Source of the DNA: a virus | Taxonomy: Duplodnaviria; Caudoviricetes | IMG/VR virus record: IMGVR_UViG_3300049926_000093 | Coordinates: 1-55,396 of that record | Length of the DNA stretch: 55,396 nucleotides | Strand: one strand, 5' to 3' | Shown: positions 1 through 10,344 of the stretch, one piece after another | How the letters are laid out: each line of letters opens with the position of its first letter | Position numbering within the stretch: the first letter of the stretch is position 1 | Notes under the pieces: generated by a model | Database searches by the model: none | Told to the model about the DNA's origin: nothing | What the model saw: only the letters and a program-made list of their open reading frames with translations | Program-made: the position numbers and the translations under genes

Positions 1-127
1 CCTGAATTAAAAGAAAATACACAAGCACAAAGGGAGCGGCTAGGCTTTGAGCCTAACAACCCGCTATATATGACGGGCAAACTAGCGAACAGCATCAATT
101 ATCACGTCACTGCACCAATCGCTCAAA
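1..127. repeat. Terminal direct repeat, copy 1 (assembly overlap of a circular contig)
   Basis: 1-127 is identical to 55270-55396. Confidence 0.97.
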
Positions 128-285
128 TAGGCAGCGACAGCGATTTAATGGTCTATCACGAGAACGGAACAAAAACGATTCCTCCACGACCTGTTTTAGG
201 GCCAGCAGCATTTGAGAGCAAGGAAAAAGTTGGTGAGATTTTTGCTAAAGTTTTTGTAGCGTGGCTAAAGGGTAAGACAATATGA
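1..285 (+). CDS. 3' part of a tail completion/virion morphogenesis protein (HK97 gp10/Mu gpG-like) that spans the circular junction
   Basis: In frame with the ORF starting at ATG 55099 (151 aa in total); motifs TGKLANSI, YHENGTKTIPPRPVLGPA. Confidence 0.75.
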   Translation, partial: PELKENTQAQRERLGFEPNNPLYMTGKLANSINYHVTAPIAQIGSDSDLMVYHENGTKTIPPRPVLGPAAFESKEKVGEIFAKVFVAWLKGKTI

Positions 286-2432
286 GTTTTTCAGATGTTT
301 ATAAAATTGGTGTTAATCTTGCCCTCACGGGTGATGCCCCCAAAAAACTTAATCTCTTTAATCGTGCCGTAAAAACAGCAAGCGAATCAACCTCAGTTCT
401 AACAAGCCGTTTAAAGCCCTTAAATAATGAACTAAGGACGATGGGTTCATTGCTTCAAACGCTTAACCCTCGGCTGTCAAGATTTACTGTAGAAACTGGC
501 GGAACTAGAAATGCGCTCACTAGCGTTAACACGAGCCTAAGCGGATTTAATAAACGCATTGATACCAGTATAAATCGAGTATCAGTTTTATCGACTAGAG
601 CGGCAAAATTGACAGCTGAACTATCGGGGATCGCTGTTATGGGCGATGCTGCCGCTGTAGGTATAGGTGCTGTCTCTGCATCATCATTACCACTAATTGG
701 TGGGGGTGGCAGGAGGTCTGGCGGCGGAAGAGTGGGTGGTTCTTCAGGCGGAAGGAAAGACCCATTTGGCTTGATGTTTGCAGGGGCAGTTCCCTTATTT
801 GGAGTGGATCGACTTTACCGAGAATCCAAGAAATACATGCAGGCCCAGGCGGAGTTTTCGCAAATAAATTTGGGGGATGCGCAAAACAAAATAGCTGATA
901 ATTATGCAAAAAATCTTAATCTTGAAGGCGTTAGCTCAATAGAAGCACTAAAAACGTTGCGTGATAGCGTTGTTGTAATGGGCGACACGAAGCATGCGAT
1001 GGAGATAGCCCCAGTAATTAGTAAAATGCAGTTTGCTAATAATGCCTTATTTTCTGGCTCTGGTATAAAGATAGGAGAAAGCCAATATCAAGACTTGCTT
1101 CGTGTCGTAGAAATACGAGGCGGCTTTAAATCAACAGAAGAGATGATAAAACAAATCGACTATGGACAGCATGTTATCAGCGGAACAGGTGGAAGAGTTT
1201 TATTTAACCAATATTTAAATTTATTAAAAACGGGTGGTGTGGCAGCGCAACATCTCGACAATGAAGTATTGTATTACGGATTAGAACCGCTTATCCAAGA
1301 ACTTGGTGGATTTCGAGTTGGAACTGGATTAATGTCTATATACCAGACAATTAATAGCGGAAAAATGACTACTGCGGCAGCAATGAGATGGCAAAAGCTC
1401 GGGCTTCTTAAAAAAGGCGGTGCTGAATATACTAGCATAGGCACGATAAAGAGAATAAAAAAAGGTGGTGTTAAAAATAATGAATTGGCAAGCACAGATA
1501 TTCTTAAATATATTTATGACGTTTATTTGCCAGCACTTGCAAAAGCTGGAATTAATACAGAATCAGAAATTTTACAGGAAATTGCATACGATTTTGGAAA
1601 CAGAACAGCGGCGAACCTTGTAAGCAAAATTTATCTTCAAAGAGGAAAAATTGAAAAAAACATGGCGATAGATAAAAACGCCATGGGTAGCGAAGAAAGT
1701 TATGCCGCAGCATTAAAAACAGCCATAGGAACGGAAGAAAATTTTGCTTCACAGTGGTCAAGATTTAAGGTTGCAATAGGAGAACCCATAACACCCACAA
1801 TTTTGTCTGGGATAAGTGCTTTAACTGTTGTTTTTAAAACATTGGCAGATGAAGCGACAGAATTTCCACGAGTGGCTGGCAATATAACGCTCCTAGTCAC
1901 ATCATTGGCAACGCTCGCCATTTCCCGCGCATCCTATATCCTAATCGCGGGAAGCTTGCATCAATTGGCCCTTGGTCTTGGATTTACTAGCATAGGCGGG
2001 GCTTTAGGGTTATCCAAGATAGCTACTGGTTTTAGGCTAATATCTGTCGGATTATTAGCCCTATTGCCTATGCTAGGACCGATTGCCGCGCTAGCTTTAG
2101 CGGGGGCTGCTGCTTATAAAATAGCGGGGTCTGTTAAATCAAATACGGACGCGCTTAAGTCAGCGGGAAAATTTAGTAACCCTGGAAGCCTGTCAAATCA
2201 ATTTTCTAACTTATTACATCCTAGTAATAACTTATCAAAATACAACACGACTCCTTCCGCCAGTCGAAATGGCGGCTCACAAATAAATAATGTTATTAAT
2301 ATAGACGGTAAAAAAGTTGCTGATATCGTTACTCATCATCAAGTGAAAGCCGCTCGCTCTCCAAACTATTCAACCAGACCAGATGGCAGCATGACCCCTT
2401 TCCATAATATTTTAACGCAGCCGAGCTACTAA
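282..2432 (+). CDS. Tail tape measure protein
   Basis: 716 aa, helical, Ala/Gly-rich with hydrophobic C-terminal segments; follows tube and chaperone genes on the circle. Confidence 0.85.
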   Translation: MSFSDVYKIGVNLALTGDAPKKLNLFNRAVKTASESTSVLTSRLKPLNNELRTMGSLLQTLNPRLSRFTVETGGTRNALTSVNTSLSGFNKRIDTSINRVSVLSTRAAKLTAELSGIAVMGDAAAVGIGAVSASSLPLIGGGGRRSGGGRVGGSSGGRKDPFGLMFAGAVPLFGVDRLYRESKKYMQAQAEFSQINLGDAQNKIADNYAKNLNLEGVSSIEALKTLRDSVVVMGDTKHAMEIAPVISKMQFANNALFSGSGIKIGESQYQDLLRVVEIRGGFKSTEEMIKQIDYGQHVISGTGGRVLFNQYLNLLKTGGVAAQHLDNEVLYYGLEPLIQELGGFRVGTGLMSIYQTINSGKMTTAAAMRWQKLGLLKKGGAEYTSIGTIKRIKKGGVKNNELASTDILKYIYDVYLPALAKAGINTESEILQEIAYDFGNRTAANLVSKIYLQRGKIEKNMAIDKNAMGSEESYAAALKTAIGTEENFASQWSRFKVAIGEPITPTILSGISALTVVFKTLADEATEFPRVAGNITLLVTSLATLAISRASYILIAGSLHQLALGLGFTSIGGALGLSKIATGFRLISVGLLALLPMLGPIAALALAGAAAYKIAGSVKSNTDALKSAGKFSNPGSLSNQFSNLLHPSNNLSKYNTTPSASRNGGSQINNVINIDGKKVADIVTHHQVKAARSPNYSTRPDGSMTPFHNILTQPSY

Positions 2433-2472
2433 ATAATTTAAAAAACATAAAATTGTTTGAAATGGATTTCAA

Positions 2473-3090
2473 ATGGCAGATACAGTTATTACTCTCGGAA
2501 ATTTCCAGTTTAGGGATTTAGAAATTCCTGTTTCTATTAATTTCGGGGGGGAACAAAAGTTAAATATTCATGAATTAGTGGGCGGCTCTCGCGTTATTGA
2601 TGTGCTTGGTGGGCAAAACGACGATATCAGTTGGGGCGGCTTAATGACAGGCTCCGATGCACTAAGTCGAGCACTTCAATTAGACAGCATGAGAATCGCT
2701 GGTGATATATTGCAGCTTTCCTGGTTCAATTTAAATTATTCCGTACTTATAAAGCATTTTAAAGCAAACACTGAACGATTTTATCAAGTCAATTATGAAA
2801 TTACGCTGACCGTTGTACAAGATGCAAGCCAAAGCGATTTTTTAAGTATTTTTGGAATCAATGAAGCGGTGTTGGGGGATTTATTGGTGGCCAATACATT
2901 ATCAGCGGCTATTAATAGCTCCACCCTATCGCCACTTATGTCTTCCCTTACAACAGCCATGAATGCAGTCACCACGTTTCAGGGCGCATCGCAGTCAACA
3001 ATCAACAGCGTTTTAACACCTCTAACAGCCGTAAAAAATAACGTGGCATCATCTTTATCTGCTGTAAGTGCTAGACTTTTCGGAGCATAA
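2473..3090 (+). CDS. Tail tube initiator/baseplate-proximal protein (P2 gpU-like)
   Basis: Directly after the tape measure gene; ITLGNFQF...FGGEQKLNIHELVGGSRVID pattern. Confidence 0.65.
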   Translation: MADTVITLGNFQFRDLEIPVSINFGGEQKLNIHELVGGSRVIDVLGGQNDDISWGGLMTGSDALSRALQLDSMRIAGDILQLSWFNLNYSVLIKHFKANTERFYQVNYEITLTVVQDASQSDFLSIFGINEAVLGDLLVANTLSAAINSSTLSPLMSSLTTAMNAVTTFQGASQSTINSVLTPLTAVKNNVASSLSAVSARLFGA

Positions 3091-3091
3091 A

Positions 3092-3400
3092 ATGTCATCA
3101 ACTGAAAATCTAAGCCTACAAGCGGAAGATATGCAGCTTTATATGGAGTTGTACCAACTTCAGTTTTTTCTTAATCGGATTGAAAAAAACTTAAATTTAA
3201 TAAATTCAGTTCCTAACGCGAAACTAATAACAGTAATTGGCGGGAATCTTTTTGATTTGTCCGCAAAGTATTATCAGGATGCCTCGCAATGGCCTTATAT
3301 TGCAAAAGCAAACGGGTTAACAGACCCCTATATTACAGGACAGATGACGTTAGTTATTCCCCCGTACACCAATGTTGACAGTGGCGGAATTTTGCAATGA
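3092..3400 (+). CDS. LysM/tail X-like baseplate protein
   Basis: GGNLFDLSAKYYQDASQWPYIAKANGLTDP...LVIP; ATG 3092 preferred over GTG 3068. Confidence 0.8.
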   Translation: MSSTENLSLQAEDMQLYMELYQLQFFLNRIEKNLNLINSVPNAKLITVIGGNLFDLSAKYYQDASQWPYIAKANGLTDPYITGQMTLVIPPYTNVDSGGILQ

Positions 3401-4536
3401 GCCTTACCGATACAATTTCATCTCTGTTTCAATTGCCGAACTCGGCAAGGAAGCCAAGAGGGTCTGTGAGCATTAACGGAATTATCATTCCTTTTGATAG
3501 TTTTGAAATTGATAATAACTCGTATTACATAGCTGATACTTTTCGTGTAGAAATTCCCGTTAAATCACTTCCGCTTAATTTGGCTCCGATCGTAATAATA
3601 AGCCAGCCTGCTATCATTGTGGAAATATCCGCGGGGTTTCCTTTGCTCCCTGACATATTAAGCACAGCTGGACTTGATAATTTAATCACGGGCCAAGTTG
3701 ATGATGTGGACTATGAGCCAGCCAGCGGAAAAATAACTTTATCAGGCCGTGACTTAACTGCACTGTTTATTGACAGCAAAACAACTGAAAAATTCGTCAA
3801 CCTAACCAGTAGTCAAATTGCAACGCTATTCGCAAAACGAAGAAATTTAACGCCTGTCGTTACAGATACCACAATTAAAGTCGGCAAATATTACGAAATT
3901 GACCACGCAAGACTAACAAGCCAGCGAACGGAATGGGATTTGCTGACATTTTTAGCGCAAGAAGAAAACTTTAACGTTTTTGTGAAAGGCAAAAGTCTAT
4001 ATTTTCAGCCTAAGCCATCAGGCGACTCTATTCCTTACGTCATTAATTATGTCCCTGGCTTTCTGGGCGGCTCTGATAATAGCAACATGGTTAGTATTGT
4101 TTTTTCAAGAAATTTTACTCTATCAAAAGATATTATTGTTGAGGTCAGAAGTTGGAATCAAAAACAGAGAAAAGGATTTACCAAAAGAGCTACTGCAACA
4201 CACACTAAAAATAGCGTACTAAGTGGGGCGGCTCAGCCTATCGGAGAGGCTCAGGTTTTTCCTTATATATTTCCAAACTTAACACCCGAACAGGCACTTC
4301 AAAAAGCACAAAATCTTCTAAAACAATTAAGCTCTCACGAGGTGAAGTTAAGAGCAGAAGGGCCAGCTGACAATCTAATCAATATCAACTCATCCATTCA
4401 AGTTTTGGGAACAGGAACACTTTTCGACCAAATTTATTTTCCTAGTAGCATTATAAGAAGAATGAGCGTTAACGATGGATATTCAATGACAATTTCCGCC
4501 AAAAATCATTCGCCAGAAACGGAGATTTTAGTATGA
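3397..4536 (+). CDS. Baseplate hub protein (P2 gpD/Mu gp44-like)
   Basis: ADTF, LSGRD, EWDLLTFLAQEENF motifs; size and position. Confidence 0.8.
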   Translation: MSLTDTISSLFQLPNSARKPRGSVSINGIIIPFDSFEIDNNSYYIADTFRVEIPVKSLPLNLAPIVIISQPAIIVEISAGFPLLPDILSTAGLDNLITGQVDDVDYEPASGKITLSGRDLTALFIDSKTTEKFVNLTSSQIATLFAKRRNLTPVVTDTTIKVGKYYEIDHARLTSQRTEWDLLTFLAQEENFNVFVKGKSLYFQPKPSGDSIPYVINYVPGFLGGSDNSNMVSIVFSRNFTLSKDIIVEVRSWNQKQRKGFTKRATATHTKNSVLSGAAQPIGEAQVFPYIFPNLTPEQALQKAQNLLKQLSSHEVKLRAEGPADNLININSSIQVLGTGTLFDQIYFPSSIIRRMSVNDGYSMTISAKNHSPETEILV

Positions 4537-5120
4537 GCATGGATTTATTTTTAAATCACATGCGTATGCAAGCGCAGGCAGTTACACAAAACTTAGCGCA
4601 AACGCGACTTGCTACGATTTCCGCCTATGATCCCAATAATTATGCAGTAAAAGTTTTATACCAACCTGACCAAAGCGAAAGCGGCTGGCTTCCTATTTTA
4701 AGCCCTTGGGTGGGTAATGGGTGGGGAATGTTTTCACCGCCAACTATCGGACAAATGGCAAAAGTTTCTTTTCAAGAGGGATCATTTGAAGCTGGCATGG
4801 TTTCATTGCTCGGCTTTAATGATGTCGATCGCCCACTTCCTGCGCCCCCTGGTGAATTCTGGCTAGTTCATTCCACGGGAAGCGTCATCAAGATGAATAA
4901 CGATGGCACGATAACTATTCAAGCATCAACGTTAAACCTCACGGGAAATCTTGTTATGACGGGTGACTTAACGGTCACTGGCTCGGTTATGGTAACGGAA
5001 AACATTACAGATAATACCGGATCAAATGCTAACGGAATGTCTCAAATGAGAGCCATTTACAATGCACACACCCACCCAACGCCTGACGGAACATCAAGCG
5101 CACCCAATCAACCAATGTAA
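4533..5120 (+). CDS. Baseplate central spike (gpV-like)
   Basis: SGWLP, PPTIGQ OB-fold motifs and C-terminal HTH(P) metal-binding tip (YNAHTHP). Confidence 0.88.
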   Translation: MSMDLFLNHMRMQAQAVTQNLAQTRLATISAYDPNNYAVKVLYQPDQSESGWLPILSPWVGNGWGMFSPPTIGQMAKVSFQEGSFEAGMVSLLGFNDVDRPLPAPPGEFWLVHSTGSVIKMNNDGTITIQASTLNLTGNLVMTGDLTVTGSVMVTENITDNTGSNANGMSQMRAIYNAHTHPTPDGTSSAPNQPM

Positions 5121-5131
5121 AAAGGCGATAC

Positions 5132-5503
5132 ATGGAAGTATCACATTATTTCGGCTCTGACATTCTAACGAGTGTTAACGGAGACCTGCAAAGCGTAGAT
5201 GTTTTAACGCTTAGCAACCAAAGAATTTTAAGGCGATTGCTCACAAATCCAGGCGCGTACATTTGGCACCTAGATTACGGCGCAGGCTTACCAGCATACA
5301 TTGGCCAAACACTTTCAAACTCAAAAATTCAAGAAATTATAGGCATTATTCGTAACCAAATTTTTCTAGAAACAAGTGTTTCACAAATACCCGCACCCAT
5401 CATCACAATAACACCGATTACAGACGGAATTTATTGCAGCATTCAATACACCGAAGCAACCACGCAAACACTACAACTTTTAACTTTTAACGTGAGCAAT
5501 TAA
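5132..5503 (+). CDS. Baseplate wedge protein (gpW/gp25-like)
   Basis: RRLLTNPGAYIWHLDYGAGL motif. Confidence 0.8.
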   Translation: MEVSHYFGSDILTSVNGDLQSVDVLTLSNQRILRRLLTNPGAYIWHLDYGAGLPAYIGQTLSNSKIQEIIGIIRNQIFLETSVSQIPAPIITITPITDGIYCSIQYTEATTQTLQLLTFNVSN

Positions 5504-5505
5504 CG

Positions 5506-6651
5506 ATGCCATTACAGACACAAAGTTACTCAACACTTGTGCAAAATCAAGTGGCTGCAATTCAAGCAAGCTCAAGCGCATTGTTAGATTTTGAAATCGG
5601 CTCTATTTTGCTTGCGCTTGTCGAAAGCAACACCGCGAATGTTGGTTTGTTTATTCAAGGATTACTACTGGCATTATTAGCAACAACTCGTTTATCAACA
5701 AGCCAAGGAAACGATGTTGATACTTTTATAGCCGATTACGGATTAAAAAGATTGGCAGCCGTAGCAGCAACGGGAACGGTTACTTTTGCGCGCTTTACAA
5801 GCACTCAACAGGGAATAGTTCTTGCAAACGAAACTCCGTCATTGAGCACGCAAGTTCAAACAGCAGATGGGCTTCAAATATTTTATGTAACGATTGATAC
5901 ATCAAATCCAAATTACAGCGCGCCCCTTGGTGGTTATGTTTTGCTGGCTAACACAGCTAGCATTGATGTGCCAGTTGAAGCAAGCGTTGCTGGAGCGGCT
6001 GGAAACGTAGCCGTTGGTGCATTAAATACGATAGTGGGCACCATTCCTTTTGTTGACACCGTTACAAATGCCTCGTCTTTTACAAACGGAGTTGACAAAG
6101 AATCAGACGCAGCCGTCAAAATCCGATTTGTTGCTTATATAGGCTCGCTCAGCAAAGCCACAAAAACGGCTATTGGCTTTGCTATCACGAGCGTACAACA
6201 GGGTTTGATTTATACCTTGACCGAGAACGAAGATTATAACGGCGATACTGACTACGGTTATTTTTATGTCGTTGTTGATGACGGCACAGGCACTCCATCG
6301 GGAGACCTTTTGAGTACTGTGAGCAATGCCATTGACGCTGTAAGAGGCTGCGCTATTCGATTCGGCGTTTTTGCACCTATTGTCACAACGGCAAACGTTT
6401 CGATGACTGTAACCGTCACGTCAGGCTATGTGCAGGGAACCGTTGCAGGCATCGTTGAAGATGCGCTTACAGACTATATAAATGCATTGCCTTTGGGAAC
6501 AACGCTCGCGTATACCCGTTTAATGCAGGTTGCCTATGATGCAAGTCCTGGGGTATTGGATGTCACGAGCGTGCTTCTTAATAGCGGAACATCTGACGTA
6601 ACAGCGAATGCGCAGCATGTGATAAAAGCAGGCACTATCACCGTTAACTAA
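5506..6651 (+). CDS. Baseplate J-like protein
   Basis: GLKRLAAVAATGTVTF, GAAGNV, NGVDKESDA motifs. Confidence 0.9.
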   Translation: MPLQTQSYSTLVQNQVAAIQASSSALLDFEIGSILLALVESNTANVGLFIQGLLLALLATTRLSTSQGNDVDTFIADYGLKRLAAVAATGTVTFARFTSTQQGIVLANETPSLSTQVQTADGLQIFYVTIDTSNPNYSAPLGGYVLLANTASIDVPVEASVAGAAGNVAVGALNTIVGTIPFVDTVTNASSFTNGVDKESDAAVKIRFVAYIGSLSKATKTAIGFAITSVQQGLIYTLTENEDYNGDTDYGYFYVVVDDGTGTPSGDLLSTVSNAIDAVRGCAIRFGVFAPIVTTANVSMTVTVTSGYVQGTVAGIVEDALTDYINALPLGTTLAYTRLMQVAYDASPGVLDVTSVLLNSGTSDVTANAQHVIKAGTITVN

Positions 6652-6664
6652 TAAAAGGATTTAT

Positions 6665-7333
6665 ATGGCGATTGGTGATCAAAATGATTTTACAAAAAGA
6701 ATAAAATCAACGCTGCCGCAAGCTTGGTTCGGCGATGCTTCGACGCCAATATTAAATGGCGTTCTTGCAGGATATTCTTGGCTTGGCGCGTTAATGTATT
6801 CCGACTATACCTATTCCGCATTGCAAACAAGAATAAAAACAGCAACCGATGATTTTTTAGATTTAATTTCGCAAGATTTTTTTGGAACGACACTGCCAAG
6901 AAATCAGGGCGAAAGTGACGCGAGCTTTAGAAACAGAATTATTGTTAATTTGATTCGCATAAGAGCAACACGCCAAGGAATTATAAATGTACTCGTCGAT
7001 TTGACGGGAAGAACACCGCTTATTTTTGAGCCTCAGCGGCCAATGGATACGGGCGGCTACTCCATAGGTGGGGCAGGGTACGGCGTGGCTGGCGGATGGG
7101 GTTCCGTACAACTGACTTGTCAGGCATTTTGTATTGCATATCGACCAAATCAAACAGGAATTCCTTCAGTCGCTGGGTATGGCGTTAGTACTGGAGCATA
7201 CAGCACAGCTAGCCAAGCATCGTGGGCAAACATTAGCCAAGTATTAGTTCAAGTTCAAGACGCCCAAATATACGCGGCAATCGACAACGTAAAAACCGCA
7301 GGAACCATCATTTGGACACAAATTCAAAGCTAG
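6665..7333 (+). CDS. Baseplate wedge protein (gpI-like)
   Basis: TATDDFLDLISQDFFG...R..GESDASFR motif after gpJ. Confidence 0.8.
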   Translation: MAIGDQNDFTKRIKSTLPQAWFGDASTPILNGVLAGYSWLGALMYSDYTYSALQTRIKTATDDFLDLISQDFFGTTLPRNQGESDASFRNRIIVNLIRIRATRQGIINVLVDLTGRTPLIFEPQRPMDTGGYSIGGAGYGVAGGWGSVQLTCQAFCIAYRPNQTGIPSVAGYGVSTGAYSTASQASWANISQVLVQVQDAQIYAAIDNVKTAGTIIWTQIQS

Positions 7334-7375
7334 TTAATGGATTAATTTCTTTAAAGGATTAAGGAGAAGTAAAAA

Positions 7376-9379
7376 ATGGATCGTCAAATTGTCTATATTG
7401 GTCAAATTCCACAAGATACCGATGTTTTAAATACAAACCTGGATTCGTATATTGGTCAAGCAAAATTAGCGGCTGCCGTGCTCGGAACAAGCCAGCTTAT
7501 TAATGGCGGTGCCTGTACGCCTACTTCGCCAACAAGTCTTAGCGTGAAAGTTGCCGCTGTAGAAATATACAGTTTACAGAATGTTGATGATTCGGGATAT
7601 GGAAGCATACCCTTAGATACAACGCATCAAATTGTTAAACAGGGCGTTAATCTTGACACTACAACTTTATCTTGCCCAGCACCAGCCACGGTTGGAAACA
7701 GTATTAATTACCTTATCCAATATGGATTTAGTGAAACAGACGGAGGCAGCACAGTACTGCCTTACTATAACGCCTCAAATCCTGCGCAAGCTTTTAGCGG
7801 TCCTGGAAATGATGGGCAGCCAAACAATACAATTCGACAAGACCAAGTTAACGTAACTGTAAAGGCTGGCGTATCAGCACCCACGGGAACCCAGGTCACG
7901 TCTAGCCCTGACTCTGGTTTTTCTGGCGGATATGTCGTAACCGTTGCCCAAGGACAAACCACTATCACAAGCGGAGATATTAGTTTATACAGCGGCGCGC
8001 CCTTTATTACTGAAACGCTCACACAAAAAATATCACAGACAACAGCGGATGCAAGATATACACAGGCAACACAAATACAAAGCGGAATCCTAATTTATGG
8101 CGTTGATTCCAGTGTGTCTGCAAATACTTTAACCGTTACTTTAAGTCCTGCAATTACAAGTTATACAGCGGGCATGGAATTTAATATAAAAGTGGCCAAC
8201 ACAAATTCAGGCGCATCGACTATAAATATAAACGGCTTAGGCGCAAAAAATATAAAGCTTTCAAGCGGGGCAAATCCAACGGCGGGAGATTTATTAGCGA
8301 ACGCCATTTCAATATTATTTTATGATGGCACAAATTTTCAACTTCTAAATCCTCAAACAGTTAGCTTCTCGGCATCCCCCATTCAAAATAGCAGCTATGT
8401 TTATATTGCAGATTCTGGCGCGGTCAATGCGTATGCGGCAACGCTCGCGCCAGCCGTTGCTAGCTATGTTGCAGGACTACAAGTTTTTATAAAAATAGCA
8501 AACACAAACACAAGCACGACTACGACCTTAAACGTTAACTCGCTGGGAACAAAAAGCATCAAATTAACAAATGGAAGCAATATTAATATCGGAGATTTAT
8601 TGTCTGGAATGGTTGCTCGCCTTATTTATGATGGCACTAATTTCCAATTGATAAATCCTGCAAGCTACGCTTCACAACAAGGTGTCCAGAATTCATCTTA
8701 CAATTATTCGGTTGATGGCGGCTCTGCAAATGCTTACACAGTTACGCTAACTCCAGCCCCAGCATCATATACGAATGGAATGATTGTTCTTATAAAGATA
8801 TCAAATACAAACACAGGAACATCGACAATCAATGTTAATTCTCTTGGGGCTAAAACAATAAAAAATGGCGGTGGATCGAATTTAAATGCAGGAATATTAC
8901 AAAGCGGAGGAATATATAGTCTTTCTTATGACGGAACTAATTTTGTTATTGTGGGTTCTCTATCTAAGGCGGACATTTCATTTTTCGCTTATCGAGCAGC
9001 TTCAACACAAGCTATACCAGATAGCACATTCACAAAAGTTAACTTTTCCCAGGAGAATATAGACACCAATAACAACTATGATACAAGTACTTATAGGTTT
9101 ACAGCAACAAGGGCAGGCCGTTATTGGATATATGGACAGTTTCAGTGGGATCAAGCTGGCGCAACCAGCAACAATTTCCGAATAGATATCTATGTCAATG
9201 GCGTAAGCACAGGATATTCAAATGTTAGAGGAATTGCTGGCTCATCATACGTAAATATGGGCGGCGTATATAATCTTACCGTAAATGATTACGTAGAAAT
9301 TTATGCTTTTCAAGATTCAGGGGTCAGCAAAAATATTACCGCAGACACATCGAATTTTTCTGGCTTCTTAATTAATTAA
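7376..9379 (+). CDS. Tail fibre with three internal repeats of about 100 aa and a C-terminal C1q-like head
   Basis: Three copies of D..AN...TL.PA..SY..G...IK..NTN....T.N.N.LG.K.IK...YDGTNF; C-terminus FFAY...KVNF...RFTA..AGRY...FSGFLI. Confidence 0.85.
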   Translation: MDRQIVYIGQIPQDTDVLNTNLDSYIGQAKLAAAVLGTSQLINGGACTPTSPTSLSVKVAAVEIYSLQNVDDSGYGSIPLDTTHQIVKQGVNLDTTTLSCPAPATVGNSINYLIQYGFSETDGGSTVLPYYNASNPAQAFSGPGNDGQPNNTIRQDQVNVTVKAGVSAPTGTQVTSSPDSGFSGGYVVTVAQGQTTITSGDISLYSGAPFITETLTQKISQTTADARYTQATQIQSGILIYGVDSSVSANTLTVTLSPAITSYTAGMEFNIKVANTNSGASTININGLGAKNIKLSSGANPTAGDLLANAISILFYDGTNFQLLNPQTVSFSASPIQNSSYVYIADSGAVNAYAATLAPAVASYVAGLQVFIKIANTNTSTTTTLNVNSLGTKSIKLTNGSNINIGDLLSGMVARLIYDGTNFQLINPASYASQQGVQNSSYNYSVDGGSANAYTVTLTPAPASYTNGMIVLIKISNTNTGTSTINVNSLGAKTIKNGGGSNLNAGILQSGGIYSLSYDGTNFVIVGSLSKADISFFAYRAASTQAIPDSTFTKVNFSQENIDTNNNYDTSTYRFTATRAGRYWIYGQFQWDQAGATSNNFRIDIYVNGVSTGYSNVRGIAGSSYVNMGGVYNLTVNDYVEIYAFQDSGVSKNITADTSNFSGFLIN

Positions 9380-9381
9380 GG

Positions 9382-9729
9382 ATGAAAACAATGAATTATT
9401 TTGCAGCTTTAAAAAAGATATATCCAGGATTAACAAAAGAGCAGGTGGAGTTGCACGATCATGGTCAAGGTGTTGTTATTACAAAGTGGTCATATAATGC
9501 GCCAGTGCCTGATTTATCAAGTTTATCCATGGATGCAAAATGTTGCGAGGATAAAATTACGTCAGCTCATGATGGGATAGCCTACCTTAAAAAAACAGAT
9601 TGGTATGTAATAAGGAAATATGAAAAAGGAACGCCAATACCAAAAAACGTAGAATCTGAAAGAAAAGCAGCAAGAAATAGCGTTAGTCTGGCAAAGGATG
9701 AAGGTTTAATTTCAGATGATGAAATTTAA
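9382..9729 (+). CDS. Tail fibre assembly/chaperone-like protein
   Basis: XkdW-like N-terminus; YLKKTDWYVIR...GTPIP...RKAAR C-terminus. Confidence 0.65.
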   Translation: MKTMNYFAALKKIYPGLTKEQVELHDHGQGVVITKWSYNAPVPDLSSLSMDAKCCEDKITSAHDGIAYLKKTDWYVIRKYEKGTPIPKNVESERKAARNSVSLAKDEGLISDDEI

Positions 9730-9976
9730 TTCAATCATTATGGTGGCGACAAAAAAAATTGTAAAAAATATACTAACAGGGCGCGACAATGAAACGTTCG
9801 ACATTGCGCGTGTAATGTGGGGATTTAGCGTCCTTGTTTTTCTCGGAATTACAGTCGCATCATTCATAAGAGGCGATTCGTGGCATCCGTACGAAACCGC
9901 CCAAGGGATCGCTTGGATTCTTTTTGGAGGGGGCGCGAGCGTAGCAGTAAAAGGAAACACAGAGCCAGGAGGGTAA
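9716..9976 (+). CDS. Putative holin (two transmembrane helices)
   Basis: Two hydrophobic helices; next to spanin-like genes. Confidence 0.55.
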   Translation: MMKFNSIIMVATKKIVKNILTGRDNETFDIARVMWGFSVLVFLGITVASFIRGDSWHPYETAQGIAWILFGGGASVAVKGNTEPGG

Positions 9977-9978
9977 AA

Positions 9979-10344
9979 ATGTTTGAATCATTGAAGCCAA
10001 CAAGTCTGTATGGAATATACTTCTTAATTGCCATTATTTTAATTTTATCTCTTACTGAGATATTTCAGAAACAAGAAATAAATGTATTAAAAGCTCAAAA
10101 AGAAGAGGCGCAGCAAAAATTAAATACTGTAATATTAACTACGAATAATGCAACAGAAAAACTTAAAATTCAATCATTGTCAGAAATTAACAAGATGAAT
10201 AAAGCTGAATTAAACGCTAAGATTCTCGATATCAAAAACAAAAAAGATGAGGAATATCTATTGAAACAAAAAGTTCCAGCCGATTGCTTAATGGCGAATG
10301 GTTGGGCAATCGAAAGAGCAAAACATTTAGTTGATGGTTGGTGA
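9979..10344 (+). CDS. Putative inner-membrane spanin (Rz-like)
   Basis: ATG 9979 with GGAGG SD; N-terminal TM helix, coiled coil, C-terminal Cys. Confidence 0.6.
   Translation: MFESLKPTSLYGIYFLIAIILILSLTEIFQKQEINVLKAQKEEAQQKLNTVILTTNNATEKLKIQSLSEINKMNKAELNAKILDIKNKKDEEYLLKQKVPADCLMANGWAIERAKHLVDGW

Noticed and set aside
1-127. Biological terminal repeat or att site
   Set aside because: 127 bp equals a common assembler k-mer and the repeat falls mid-gene; best explained as circular overlap.
7376-9379. Diversity-generating retroelement or invertible tail fibre
   Set aside because: No reverse transcriptase, invertase or adenine-specific template repeat seen; the repeats are diverged protein domains.
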